From Cyanophora paradoxa CCMP329 (Eukaryota; Plantae; Glaucophyta): 64,000 nucleotides of DNA. Every line of letters begins with the position of its first letter. Position 1 is the first letter of the stretch. The stretch lies in assembly GCA_004431415.1 (NCBI GenBank), contig QPMI01000625.1, positions 62,001 through 126,000 on the forward strand, in the 5' to 3' direction. Under the pieces are notes generated by a model that was given only the letters and a program-made list of their open reading frames with translations, searched no databases and was not told where the DNA came from. Position numbers and translations under genes: made by a program. Below are positions 21,421 through 33,300 of this stretch, one piece after another.

Positions 21421-24216
21421 ATGGCCGCCGAAGAGGGCCCGAAGAAGGGAGCGGGTGCGTTCGCGCTTGCGTGCGCGTCATTAGGGCTGTTCATGAGTCG
21501 CTCTTGCAGGCCTCGCGGTCCAGTCGCTCGCAAACCTCGACATCACAAAGCTCACGCCGTTGAGCCCCGAAGTCATCAGCAGGCAGGCGACAATCAACAT
21601 CGGTGCGCGTCCAGCTCCGCGTCCGCCTTGCGTCGAATGGCCCGCTGATCGCGGCACTCGCGGCAGGCACGATCGGCCACGTCGCGCACGGAAAGTCCAC
21701 AGTGGTGAAGGCGATTTCGGGCGTGCAGGTGCGGCGGCGCGCATCGCTAATCTGCGTCGAACGGCGCTCAGCCACCACAGACCGTGCGCTTCAAGAACGA
21801 GCTGGAGCGCAACATTACCATCAAGCTCGGCTATGCAAATGCGAAGGTGTACAAATGCGAAAATCCCAAGCACCTGCGACCAAGCTGTTTCAAGTCATTC
21901 GGGAGCGGCAAGGAGGACGCGCCCGTCTGCGAGATCTGCGAGAAGGAAGGTCGGGGGATGCATAGGATGAAGCTGCTCCGGTTTGTGGCCTCTCCCCCTC
22001 CCCAATGCAGTTTTAGCTGCCTTCATGTAGTCATGGCACGGCGTCGACGTTTCTGATCGGATAGTTTCGGCAGGCACGTGTCCTTCGTCGATTGCCCGGG
22101 CCACGATATTCTCATGGCTACCATGCTCAACGGCGCGGCTGTCATGGACGCAGCATTGCTACTCATCGCTGGCAACGAATCTTGCCCGCAGCCGCAGACG
22201 TCAGAGCACCTTGCCGCGGTCGAAATCATGAAGCTCAAGCACATCATCATTCTGCAGAACAAGATCGATCTCGTGAAGGAGGCCGTTGCCAACGCCCAGC
22301 ACAAAGACATCCAAAAGTTCATTGAAGGTGCGAGCGGTCATCGATTTCTGTCACCTCTGGTCTTACTCGGTGTGCAGGCACTGTCGCCGAGGGCGCTCCT
22401 GTCATTCCCATCTCTGCGCAGCTCCGCTACAACATCGATGTAATCTGCGAATACATCGTGAAAAAAATCCCCATCCCTACCCGCAACTTCACTTCCCCTC
22501 CTCGGCTCATTGTCATTCGGTGAGTCTGGCATTTTTTTTCTGGTGCTGGCTGTGAACACTAGAATCGCAGTTCCTTTGACGTCAACAAACCCGGAGAGGA
22601 GGTGGAGGACCTCCGAGGTGGTGTCGCTGGCGGCTCCATCCTTCAGGGTGTCCTGAAGGTGCGCTTTGCGTCCCGTCACCTTCTGTCGTACTTATCTCCT
22701 CTTCCCCCTTTCTTTTCTTTTTCTTCCTCTGGAATCCATGTGATGATAATCTTGAGGCGTTCACATGAATCCTCGTGATATGAAACATCCAATTTAGATA
22801 GGGACAACTGATCCGGATTCCCCCCCCCCGTTCGCCTTCCCCTTTTTCTTCCTTCGGAATCCACGTGATGATAAATTTGAGGCGTTCACATGAATCCTCG
22901 TGATATGAAACATCCAATTTAGATAGGGACAACTGATCCGGATTCCTCCCCGTTTGCTTTGCTCCCCGAGCCGAATGACGAAAATCAAGAGGCGTTCACA
23001 TGAACTCCATGATTAATAAACATTTTTTTGATAGGAAGACCTGACGCTCGATCTTCTCTTCCTTCCTGCCCTTTCTCTCCCGCCCCAGGAGCAGCTGACG
23101 ATCCGAACACATTCGCATGATTGCCTGTGATTGCGAGCAATTCAATTTGATAGGAAGAACTGATGCTCATTCTGTCCTTTCTCTCTTGACCACAACTTTC
23201 GAAGCTACCGGATTTCTTTTCTTTCCGCCAGATTAAATTCTCTCTTCGCAGATGGGCCAGGAGATCGAGGTACGGCCAGGAATCGTCACCAAGGAGTCCG
23301 ACGGTTCAGTGAAGTGCACACCCATTTTCTCGACTATTCTCTCCCTCTACGCAGAACAGGTGCGATTGCAGGCGCCTGATCGTTTTATTTATCTAACTTC
23401 CAACCCCCACCAGAACGAGCTGCAGTATGCAGTGCCGGGCGGTCTCATCGGCGTGGGAACACGCATCGATCCCACACTTACGCGAGCGGATCGCCTCGTC
23501 GGTCAGGTAAACTCTTTTTATCTGAGATTCAGTTCTTCGCATATGATGACAAACTTGAGGCGTTCACATGAATTCTCTTGATTATACATCATCCAATTTA
23601 GATAGGGACAACTGATGCGTTCGAAGAACTCTAGTGATTGGCATAGGGGCATAGGTTTCATTGTATTTTACTGAATCTACCCACAGGTTCTCGGCGAAGT
23701 TGGCAAGCTTCCCGAGGTTTTCATCGAACTCGAAATCAACTTTTTCCTGCTGCGGCGACTTCTCGGCGTGAAGACCGACGGGGAGAAGCAGGCAAGCGCA
23801 TTAGTGGCGTGTTTGTGGCAAGCGACTCACTTCCGAGTCTCCGGTAGGGCAAGGTGCAGAAGCTCGCGAAGGGCGAAATCCTTATGGTCAACATTGGTTC
23901 GACTTCTACTGGTGGCAAGATCCTGGCCGTGAAGGCGAGCAGCACTTTTTTTTGTGGTCCATGTGAGGTCGCGATAGCCTAACCGTAATGCAGGCCGATC
24001 TTGCCAAAGTGCAACTCACATCTCCAGTATGCACATCTGTAGGCGAGAAGATCGCCCTCAGTCGGCGAGTAGAGAAGCATTGGCGGTATTTCCTCGTCCT
24101 CGTCCCTTTTTTAAATGCCTGCTCCATGTCATGACCTTTGCGTGTGCAGGCTCATTGGCTGGGGTCAGATCCGCCGTGGTGTTACTATTCCGCTTACCTC
24201 GGCGCCTGCAAAATAG
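21421..24216 (+). CDS. EIF2S3: Translation initiation factor 2 gamma subunit (multi-exon)
   Basis: [10 protein letters not shown]|[88 protein letters not shown]; stop TAG 24214-24216. Confidence 0.97.
22731..22821 (+). ncRNA. Intronic box C/D snoRNA, copy 1 (D guide equivalent to snR64/SNORD74)
   Basis: Terminal stem GGAATCC/GGATTCC; box C GTGATGA (22740); box D CTGA (22808) preceded by TAGATAGGGACA (antisense to LSU rRNA UGUCCCUAUCUA); D' ATGA preceded by GAGGCGTTCA (antisense to LSU UGAACGCCUC). Confidence 0.85.
22856..22946 (+). ncRNA. Intronic box C/D snoRNA, copy 2 (near-identical to copy 1)
   Basis: Same stem, boxes and both guides. Confidence 0.85.
22967..23050 (+). ncRNA. Intronic box C/D snoRNA 3
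   Basis: Stem CGAGC/GCTCG; C-like ATGACGA; D' guide AGAGGCGTTCA; D guide TGATAGGAAGA (antisense to LSU UCUUCCUAUCA) before CTGA 23041. Confidence 0.8.
23089..23168 (+). ncRNA. Intronic box C/D snoRNA 4
   Basis: Stem GAGCA/TGCTC; C-like CTGACGA; D guide TGATAGGAAGA before CTGA 23160; different D' guide TCCGAACACATTCGC. Confidence 0.7.
23532..23629 (+). ncRNA. Intronic box C/D snoRNA 5 (paralog of copies 1 and 2) in a later intron (23507-23686)
   Basis: Stem GTTCTTCG/CGAAGAAC; box C ATGATGA 23543; guides GAGGCGTTCA and TAGATAGGGACA; CTGA 23612. Confidence 0.85.
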
Positions 24217-24373
24217 CCTTTCACTTAAGCGCGCGAGTGCTAGCTATTTCTGGAGCTGCAAAATGTCACGATCAGGGTTCTACGTCGCATTTGGACACGT
24301 ACTAAAACGCAGGTCCGGGCTACAAGTGTGGGAATGTACACTGCGGCCGCTGCGGCCGCAGGCCCAGCCCACC

Positions 24374-25822
24374 TAGGTGCTATGAATTCGCACACACCGA
24401 GACAAATGGCTAGAGATATAACTGAGGTGTCCATCTGTGTCAAGTCGAGAGATGAACCTACGGGACTAGGCCTTTCGGACATCGGACCGGGTGGAGCTCG
24501 GATATGGAAATAACTGGAGACGCTACCCCGGGGACTAAGTCTAGAGCTGCAGCACAGGAAAGATCCTACGCGGGAAAGGGAGTGACTACCCAGGGACGAG
24601 AATAGAAATCAGAGGTGGGCAGCGAAGTGAGCTGCAGCTGTAGCTAGCGCTATGCCTAGTAAGCTAGGGCCTCCGAGACGGCGCACTATAATCTAAACCA
24701 CTCTGTACACGCTAGAGTACGGCCCGCCGTGTCGTCGGCACGGCGGGTCGGGTCGGGGGCTCGCTCGTCCGAGAGCAAGCCTGGTGGAGCCGCCGGGCTC
24801 AGAGCATTCGGGGAAGATTGGTCGGGGGAAAGGGGGACGGGGGCAGGGAGGAGGGCACGGCATGGAGCGACGTTGGGCGGTGGGAAAGGACGGGGGAGGA
24901 CCGGGTCGGGCAGCCGCGGTCGGGAGGAGGGAGGCTCCAGTGGCGCGTTCCGCCGGGCTTCCAGCCGCCCGCCGACCGCCTCCCCCCCGCCGCGGGCAAT
25001 GACGAGCCCCCTCCACGGCGGTCCGGCCGTCCCGGCCTGGCGCGTGGCCGGGGCAGGCGCCGGTGGGTTCAGCGGCCGACCGACGACCTTCCACCTGGCA
25101 GCCCGCACCACCGTCCCCTCCCTGGGGTAGCGGGAGATCAGCGGAGCGGAAGGGGCGGAGGGGGTGGGGGGTGGGGCCGTGGGGGAGGGCGACTGGGGCA
25201 ACGGGCGAGAGAGGGCAGGGGAGGAAAGAGCAGCGGTGGCGGCGGGAGGCGAGCATGTCGGCGGTAGTGAGGGAGGTGTGGAGGCGCAGGTCGCGCAGGC
25301 GACGGCGGGTCGGCGGCGGGCGCGAGGGCCCGGCGAGCGGCCGTAGGTGATAGGTTGAGAGTGAGGTCGTCAGTGGGCGTAGCGATGGAGTCGCCGTGTC
25401 TCCGCGTCTCCTCCAGTTGTAGCCCCCCCCCTCCCCCCCCCCCCCTACGAGGGTAGGTTAATCGTCCGGGGGGGGCAGGCTCCAGGGGCGGACCTTGGTA
25501 CTGTCGTAGAGTTCGTGGGCTTGAAGCGCTGCCTTCCATCCTCGGTATTCCGGCGGGCAGTCAGCGTTCTGGGCTGCACGGAGTTCGTTATGGAGGTGCA
25601 GGGGCCCGTCGCAGGCGGGGCAGTACTCTATCGGGGCACGAGAGCCGCGGGCGCGTTCTTTAGCTCTAGCCCCTGTGCGGCGCGGGCGCGGACGGCGTTT
25701 GGAGGCCTGGGAGATGCGACAGTCCTTCTCCCATGCGGCGTTGATCGCACACCGGTCGGACCAGAGCCGACGCGCGCGTTCTATTAGCATCTGGCGCACG
25801 CGTTTAGCCGTGCGGGGTGCGC
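24374..25822 (-). mobile_element. 1449-bp unclassified insertion between two copies of a 502-bp duplication
   Basis: Bounded exactly by the duplicated block; carries the 3' part of an ORF (25458-25799, contains CPAC...H..H) and a long purine-skewed tail. Confidence 0.5.
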
Positions 25823-26324
25823 GGCGAAATCCTTATGGTCAACATTGGTTCGACTTCTACTGGTGGCAAGATCCTGGCCGTGAAGGCGAGCAGCACTTTT
25901 TTTTGTGGTCCATGTGAGGTCGCGATAGCCTAACCGTAATGCAGGCCGATCTTGCCAAAGTGCAACTCACATCTCCAGTATGCACATCTGTAGGCGAGAA
26001 GATCGCCCTCAGTCGGCGAGTAGAGAAGCATTGGCGGTATTTCCTCGTCCTCGTCCCTTTTTTAAATGCCTGCTCCATGTCATGACCTTTGCGTGTGCAG
26101 GCTCATTGGCTGGGGTCAGATCCGCCGTGGTGTTACTATTCCGCTTACCTCGGCGCCTGCAAAATAGCCTTTCACTTAAGCGCGCGAGTGCTAGCTATTT
26201 CTGGAGCTGCAAAATGTCACGATCAGGGTTCTACGTCGCATTTGGACACGTACTAAAACGCAGGTCCGGGCTACAAGTGTGGGAATGTACACTGCGGCCG
26301 CTGCGGCCGCAGGCCCAGCCCACC
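25823..26324 (+). repeat. Direct duplication of 23872-24373 (last eIF2-gamma exons and introns, 3' UTR, start of a family B element)
   Basis: Sequences read identical at offset 1951; ORF track gives identical peptides at 23906-24127 and 25857-26078. Confidence 0.95.
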
Positions 26325-26480
26325 AGCGACCGGCCGGGCCCTGCGTGGCCCCCTAAGGAGAGTAATGCGCCTCCCCGCGGACACTCTGGCTAGCTAAATA
26401 GCTACAGGTGCCCGCATGCGCGGCGTGGTGCTGCATCGCGTCCTGTGAAGGCGGGGGTCGTCTCGGGGCAGTGGCGGGAG
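26224..26480 (+). mobile_element. Non-autonomous repeat family B copy
   Basis: Begins CAGGGTTCTACGTCGCATTTGGACACGTACTAAAACGCAGGTCCGGG; homologous to 18985-19156 (minus) and 50451-50710. Confidence 0.8.
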
Positions 26481-26784
26481 CCCCTACAGGCCCTGTGGGG
26501 GGCCCGACATGGAGTCAGCCTGCGCCGGGGGGGGGGGGGGGGGGGGGGCGAAAAGGGGTCAGATCGAAATCGAAAGGTCTCGATATCCAAATCAAAGCGA
26601 ACGGGGGCGCACTCGATCGACGAGCCTCCCACCCAGAGGAGCGCCTGCGCGGGCGGAGGACGATCAGCCGCCGAGCTGATCGACGCGTCAGACCCCTCAA
26701 GGCTACCCCTCAAGGCTAATGCAATTCTACGTCGGCCACGATTTGCATTAGCACACAACAACAACTACTAGGAGTTATACACAG

Positions 26785-26880
26785 TGCGATTACGATTAGC
26801 CTAGTAGGACGTCTTTTGATCTGCGATTACGATTAGGACGTCCTTAAGCCTAATCTGCGATTACGATCAGGGTTCTACGT
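26785..26880 (+). repeat. Degenerate tandem units of the 33-34 nt motif
   Basis: GCGATTACGATTAG...GGACGTCTTTTGATCTGCGATTACGATTAGGACGTC...ATCTGCGATTACGATCAGGGTT. Confidence 0.8.
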
Positions 26881-26918
26881 ATGCGCCATATACGCCGTTC
26901 TCGATCAGGGGACCCCCC

Positions 26919-27196
26919 TCCGCGCTTGCGCCGCATCGGCCCCGCAGGCTACCGACGGGCCCCGGCCCCACCGGGCCTGCAGGAACTCCCACCGCCCAAG
27001 AACAAAGACAACGATGCTGCACACGACACGCACGCGGCCTAGGCCTAGGCTGTGCGGGGGTGGAGCGTTACTCCCCTTGCGGGCCCTGGGGGGGAACAGC
27101 CGGGCCGGCAACGGCGAGGGCCGCACCTTCCTATGCGTAAACGTAGCCCAGTCCGGCGTAGTACACAGCTAGATAGCTCTGTCTACGCTGAACGCA
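26919..27196 (-). mobile_element. Family A copy, inverted and truncated
   Basis: Reverse complement of 36317-36580. Confidence 0.85.
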
Positions 27197-27305
27197 AAAA
27201 AGCTAGCTGCTCCAGGCTGGGGCCCAGGGTTGGACGTTTTTGATCTTACAATTAGGCCCTGATCTCGGGGGGTTGGACGTCTTTGATCACGATTAATTAG
27301 GCCCT

Positions 27306-30300
27306 GAAGAAGAAGAAGAGTATGTATAAGACACGCCCGAGCCGGTTGTGCGGTTTTGACGAAAGGCGAAGGACCCGAAGGCCCGAAGCACAATCGACAG
27401 TGAACCAACCAGACAAGGGTAGTGGCGGCGCAAACGCCTTACGGTCTACCATGTATGCCCCGGCGGTCCGGCGCTCATACACGCAGACACGGAAAGCAAC
27501 CACAGACATCCCAATGCGGGCCTCTTCCTAATGCCGGCCTGGGGGAGTCCTGGTCACGACCTCACGTGTGAAACCTTCAGCCATCAGTCATGTCATCAGC
27601 CTCTTCGTCAGAGATAAGCACCATTGGAGAACCTGGGTCATCAGCGAGATCCATAGGGGCAGCGGATGGGAGAGTTGGAGGAGGTGAAGGCCGCAAGCGT
27701 TTGAAAGAAACCTGAGGTGGGACACCAGGAATGTTATCACCATGATCCAGAGCACCAGGGTCTGGAGAAGACATTCGACGACGCTTAGGCGGAACAATAG
27801 AAGGAGAAAGAGGATCAGTATCCATGGGCGTCATAGGCGCAGAAGAAGGCAGAGGGGCAGAAGAGGGAGGAGCTAGGGAAGCAATGACAGCATGACTCGC
27901 GAAGTCGGGCTCAACATCAACAGCGTCGATTCGGATAGGAGAGATCGGCAGCAGATCAGGGGCAAGCTCAGTGTCATCCACATAGATGATAACTTGAGGA
28001 GAGGGCGGAGGTGAACCTGTATCATCTATAGCAGCATCAAGACCAAACGCTGAAGCACCAACACGACGGCGTTGAAGAGGCGGCTCATCCTCCGAGTCAA
28101 TATCGGGCGGCGGGTGAGGTGGCAGCGGGTGAGGGGTGAGTGAACCACAGGACCAGGGTCAGGGCAGGGTCGGGTCCACCAGGGGGGTCGTCATCATCTG
28201 ATGAGGTACTACTGGAGGAATCATCAGGATCATCAGGGCCAAGGTCGGAAAGGTCAGAGGAGTCTGAGCCGTTGTCAGGAGGGGACATATAGCCTTCAAG
28301 ATCCTCCTTTTCAAGACGCTGCAGCAGGACAGGCCGCACACTGGCATAAGGAAACTGAGCCACAAGGGGCTAGGGGCTAGATCGGGCTAGGGGCAGGCTG
28401 AGCAATATGTTCACAGTGCTCATAAGAGGCTAGGGAATGGTCATAAGCACGCGCAGCGTCTAAAAGATTAGCGTAGAATGAAGAATGAGAGGGGTCAGCA
28501 GTAGAGATGAAACGGAAATACCCACGGACATAGGTGACTTTAAATCGAGGTAAACGACGAGGAAGCATGTCCATAAAATCGTCCAGTTCGCGGAACAAGG
28601 CAGCCATCAGAGTAGCGGCCTTCAAGCCCGTCTTGGAGGAAGGTGTAAGGGGCAGCTGTGTGTTAGGGTCCATTGCAAACGTAGCCGCAGCTTCAGTGCG
28701 ACCTGCTCGATAGGCCAGACAATACGAGCGGAAAATGACGTGCAATCCAAGAATCCGAACAACCTGCCACTCCCAGTTCTGCAAGAACATCCAGCTGTCA
28801 GCAAAACGGACCGAGCCAGTAAGCAACCAGGCAACAAAGCGAGCGGAAGGAATGGGCATCGGCTGGAGCTGCAGGGCATGGAAGATGAGCGACCAGAACT
28901 GCTGCACAACAGGGCAGAGGACGAAAACGTGCAGTGCATTGCAGCGCCGGTGGCAGACCGGGCATAGCGAGGAGAGGAGCTCACTGTCAAGCAAATTTGC
29001 CGAAGCAGGACGCTGAATATCAGAGCGCGCAGCCATATCAGCGATGCGGGACGATGTGCGGAGGGCGTTGTAGCGCAGAGCAAAGTAGCCGTCAAGGACC
29101 CGCTGCGTGAGAGCGTAGCGGAGGTCGGGAATCACTGTGTTGAACCAGGGAAAGCGATCAGTGCGCGCATCGTAGCCCGGCGGCCAGAGGAACTTTGGAG
29201 AGAGATCAGCACGCCACTTAGTCTCAGCGGTCGTCGGCGCCATGAAAGCGTGGGAGGAGAGGTACTTGTACACGTCGTGAACCGTGAAACGCGACGGGGC
29301 AGCAGGCAGCTTGTACGCAACCGACTTAGAGAGGCGCAGCTCTTCCTTTGAGCGATCATTGATGTTCTCGCGGTCAGAGTGGAACGCAAACGTACGGGAA
29401 GACGACGGTGGCAGCGGACGGAGTGCAAGGTCGGAAAGCTGTAACGAGTTCATGAGGAACCGGACGAGTGCAGGCATGGGGGACAACTTGCAAGCATTCT
29501 TAACAAGGCTAAGCGCATGTGCAGGCACGGGAATGAAGTCGATCGCACGGGCCGCGGGCCGGATCGCAAGTACATCGGGGAGGGCAACGGGACTGTCAAG
29601 CGAAGCACTGCAAGGCACGTCAATCTCATGGAAAGCGAGCTGTGTGTCAGGAAGAAGGCGAACGCGACAGAGAGCTACTCCCTGAAGTGAGACGCGTTCA
29701 GCAGCAAGTTTCGAGAAAGGGCCAATAGCGAGACCTCCAGGTTCGTGTTTCCAGTCTGCAGTGCGACCACAGCGCCAAACCTCTTGCGCAAGTCGATTAT
29801 TGAGCGCATGCAGCTGGTCGCGCAGTTGCTCGGGATAGGAGGGCTCGACATAGAGAGTATGTTCCCCAGAGAAGTCCCAGATTTGATAGTTAAAACGGAA
29901 GCCGAGACGGAAGAGCAACGTGAAAGTGAAATCACGCTCATAGTACGTGTCTTTCTTATACCAGGGGTGCATGATCGGCATACGCAGGAAATCCCAGGCG
30001 CAGCGGGGCCTCCTGACATCGAAGATAGTCCGCCAGGCTTCGAAGATGGCAAAGAACGGGTCAGCAGGCGGAGGCCACAATGGCTTCACCAAGCGATCAG
30101 TTCTGTTGAGAAAAGGAAGCCAGAGCCCAAAGCCACCGTTTTCCGTGAACGCCTCAATAATTTCTCGACCAGGAAGAGATGCCGGGGAAGCAAGCCACGA
30201 TTCCAAAGAGTTTGCGGCAAAGGCCAGCTGGAAGTGTTCGGGGAGGGCGCTCCGAGACCGCCGAGAGATACAGGTCGACACGAAGCAGTGGTCATGCCCT

Positions 30301-33300
30301 GATGAGGTAAGATGAACGCATCGGAATTTGAAGAACGTTTCCAGACAAAGGTCTGTAAATTCTTTGAAATAGCCCGGAGGATCTTAGGAGGTGCTGGAAC
30401 CGCACGGATATAAAAGCTTAAGACCCCTGACAAAAAGCATAGGCGATGCGACCCCGTCCAAGAAGGGACGACTGGAAATCGACAGCTGTCTCCATAAAGA
30501 AGGTCGCTTTATGCTGAATCATGTTCCAAGACGGATGGTGCTCGCGATCAAGAAGGAGCTGATGAGGGAAACCGAGCTGCTTATGACAAGCAGGATCAAG
30601 CTCAGCGACGCGGAGAACAGGGAATGGCAAGGGATCGGACGGATCGAAATCCAATGGTGAGGCAGCCGGTTCCCTTAGAACAATAGCAAGAGATTTCTCG
30701 ATAGAGAGATGTTGACCAGAGAGTGGTTTGAAAGAGGCAAAACGTGCGTGGATAGCTAAGAGAGAGTCACGTAGAGAGAGCCCCTGGGCGCGGAGCAGGA
30801 ATAGCTGATAAATATCGTCAGCAAACTGGACAAGGGGGTGCCAACAGGGCGGGGTATATCAGTGAGTGAGAGCAAGAGAGAACGTAGAGGGCTGATCGAG
30901 AGAATGAAGGAAACTGGGCTCCAGGGACCACCTTGAATGGTGCCCACAAGACGTGAGAACACAGAAGAGAATAGCCCATTCGCAAATACACGTGCACGGA
31001 GGGGAGCTCGAGGGTTGTACAGACAGTGGTGCATTCTTCGGATAAGCCAGGGCCATTGTTGCACATGGAGAACGAGCGCCATAATAACCCAAAGCAACAG
31101 ATCGTAGGCAGACTTAAGATCAGAGTCAAACCCGATAACACAGTCATAATTGGCGTAGCGGATGCGTGTATACGTTGCCAGCACTGCAAAGACATTTTTA
31201 TGAACGTCCCGACCTTGTACGAAACCGAACTGATCTTCAGGAATGATGAGTTGTAAGATCGGATTGGCTACTGTGACCATAGTCCGTTCGAACAAGCGCA
31301 AGAGTGTGTTAGAAACTCCAATAGGTCGGTATTTCGAAGCATCAGTGGGCAAGCCTGACCGGTGACCGCTTCCAGATGAAAGTGTATGTCAAGTCGCGCA
31401 TAAAGTCAGGGAGGAAGCCTTGAACAGCGATCTTTTGAAAGTAGGCAGCCAGGAAAAAAGACCAGGGCTTTGTGTGCATCTTAAAAATGCCAACGGGAAT
31501 TCCATCAGGACCTGGTGCCCCATGGGCATACGCTTTACTGATAGAGAACGCTACGTCGTCAGGCGAGATATTAGTCTGAGTGCGCCAAACAGGCGGGACA
31601 ATCCCCTGAACATGGGGCAAGATATCGTCCACAAATTGTTGAATGAAAGCAGCAGCGGAGGGATTATCTGGAGACGCCGGAAGGGGGATATCAACAGTAG
31701 GGTCCTCGGGGGTTCAGGAGGGGGCAGAGAGCGTCAAGGATAGAGGTCTGAGTCAACAGGAAAGCAGGGGTAGGAGCGCCCAGTTCTACAAGCTTTCTAG
31801 CCAAATAGTTCGCAACCGCGCCAGGCTCAACAGTGATAGCAGTGGGACCATCCGAGCTGAAGTGCAGCGGCGGGGGGACAATGGAGGAGGCTTGGCGAGC
31901 CGCGCCCAGTCGCGCTTAGAGCCGCTTTCGAATGTAAGTCGGTGCTGAAGCCTGGCAAGCTGACGATTGCTGAGAGAGACCTTCTTCTGAAGTTCGCGCA
32001 GGGATTCAAGCCGCTGGGTGCGCTCGCGGTACAGCGCGACAGCATCGGAGCCGGGCGGCAAGCGGTAGATCTTCATTTCAACGTCGCCCAGCGCTTTGTA
32101 CGCCGCGCGCTCATGCGTGTAAAGCTTGCTAATCACGTGCGCTCTGTGCTTACGCGCCATCTTGCAGAGTCGCTTACAGAATGCGCGCCAAGTATCGTCG
32201 AAGACAGCAGCATCCGTAACTACCTCGCCTTCACCACGCGCTTGAATGATAGTGTCCAGGAATTGGGTCAAGTGCGTTTCCGTGCGCTTGCGCAGAGCAG
32301 GGTCGAGGCAGACTGGATCGCCGCGCTGAGAATACTGTCCGGGCAGGTTGCTGACGAAATCATACGGGAACGCTTGCACGCGGGACCGGGGCAAATGACG
32401 GTGCACACGAGGGCCTGAAAAGGAGAGAACAAGAATGCGGTGGTCCAGCTGAAGATGGAGTGCATCGGATGGCGCTAGGAGCGAGTAAGTGGCAAGGCGA
32501 CGCTGGAACCACTTGGTTGCAAGAGCAAAGTCGAGGCGCGAGTTTACAGCTTTAAGGCTAACAATTCGTGAATAAGTTGGGGCAAAAGCTGAAGCAGTTC
32601 CGCCGGCAGGAGGCGGTGGAGCATGGTTCGCAAGATCATCAAGCTGGTGGGAAGTCATCGTTGTGTGAAGGTACGAGCGCTGCAGGGAATTAGGCTTCGG
32701 GGTGCGGTGATTCCAGTCTCCGATCAGAAGCATAGGCACAGTAGCGGAGAGATACCCAGCCTGCACACAAGATTGCCACCATTCACGGCGGTCCCTGTTA
32801 TCACTAGCAGGGGCATAGACGCAAGCCAAGAGTACGGTCGTAGCAGGGAAGGAACCCGACGCCTTGTACGCAACAGAGACCGAAATAAAACGTCCATCAG
32901 AGTCCTGACGAGCAAGTGTAACCTCGTGCTGTGCAGCAAAGAAGGGCGTGACCATTATGGCAACACCAGTGGAGCGGGATTGAGTAGGAGCAGAGTGGAA
33001 GAACGGGCCTCGCCAGGCAGCTGCAATCTTCTCAAGTTTTCCCAAAGGGTGACCAGCGTCATCAAATTCCCGTAACTTAGTTTCCTGTAAGCAGAGGATG
33101 TCTATCTTGTGAGCAACGGCAAACTTCCTGCAACGTTCCACAAAGTTCTGCAGCTTGCTGGGACTATTGAGCCCGCCCACATTTAATGATGCAATGTTAA
33201 CCAAACTTAATCAGGCCATGGCGGTGCACGAAGGCGGTGAATGTGGGGCAGCGGGGCAATCCCAGCAATGAAGGGAAATGCAAGGCTCTCCAGATGAAAG

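Noticed and set aside
22731-23629. Spaced direct repeats resembling a CRISPR array
   Set aside because: They lie inside spliceosomal introns and have C/D boxes with rRNA-antisense guides; no cas genes in the window
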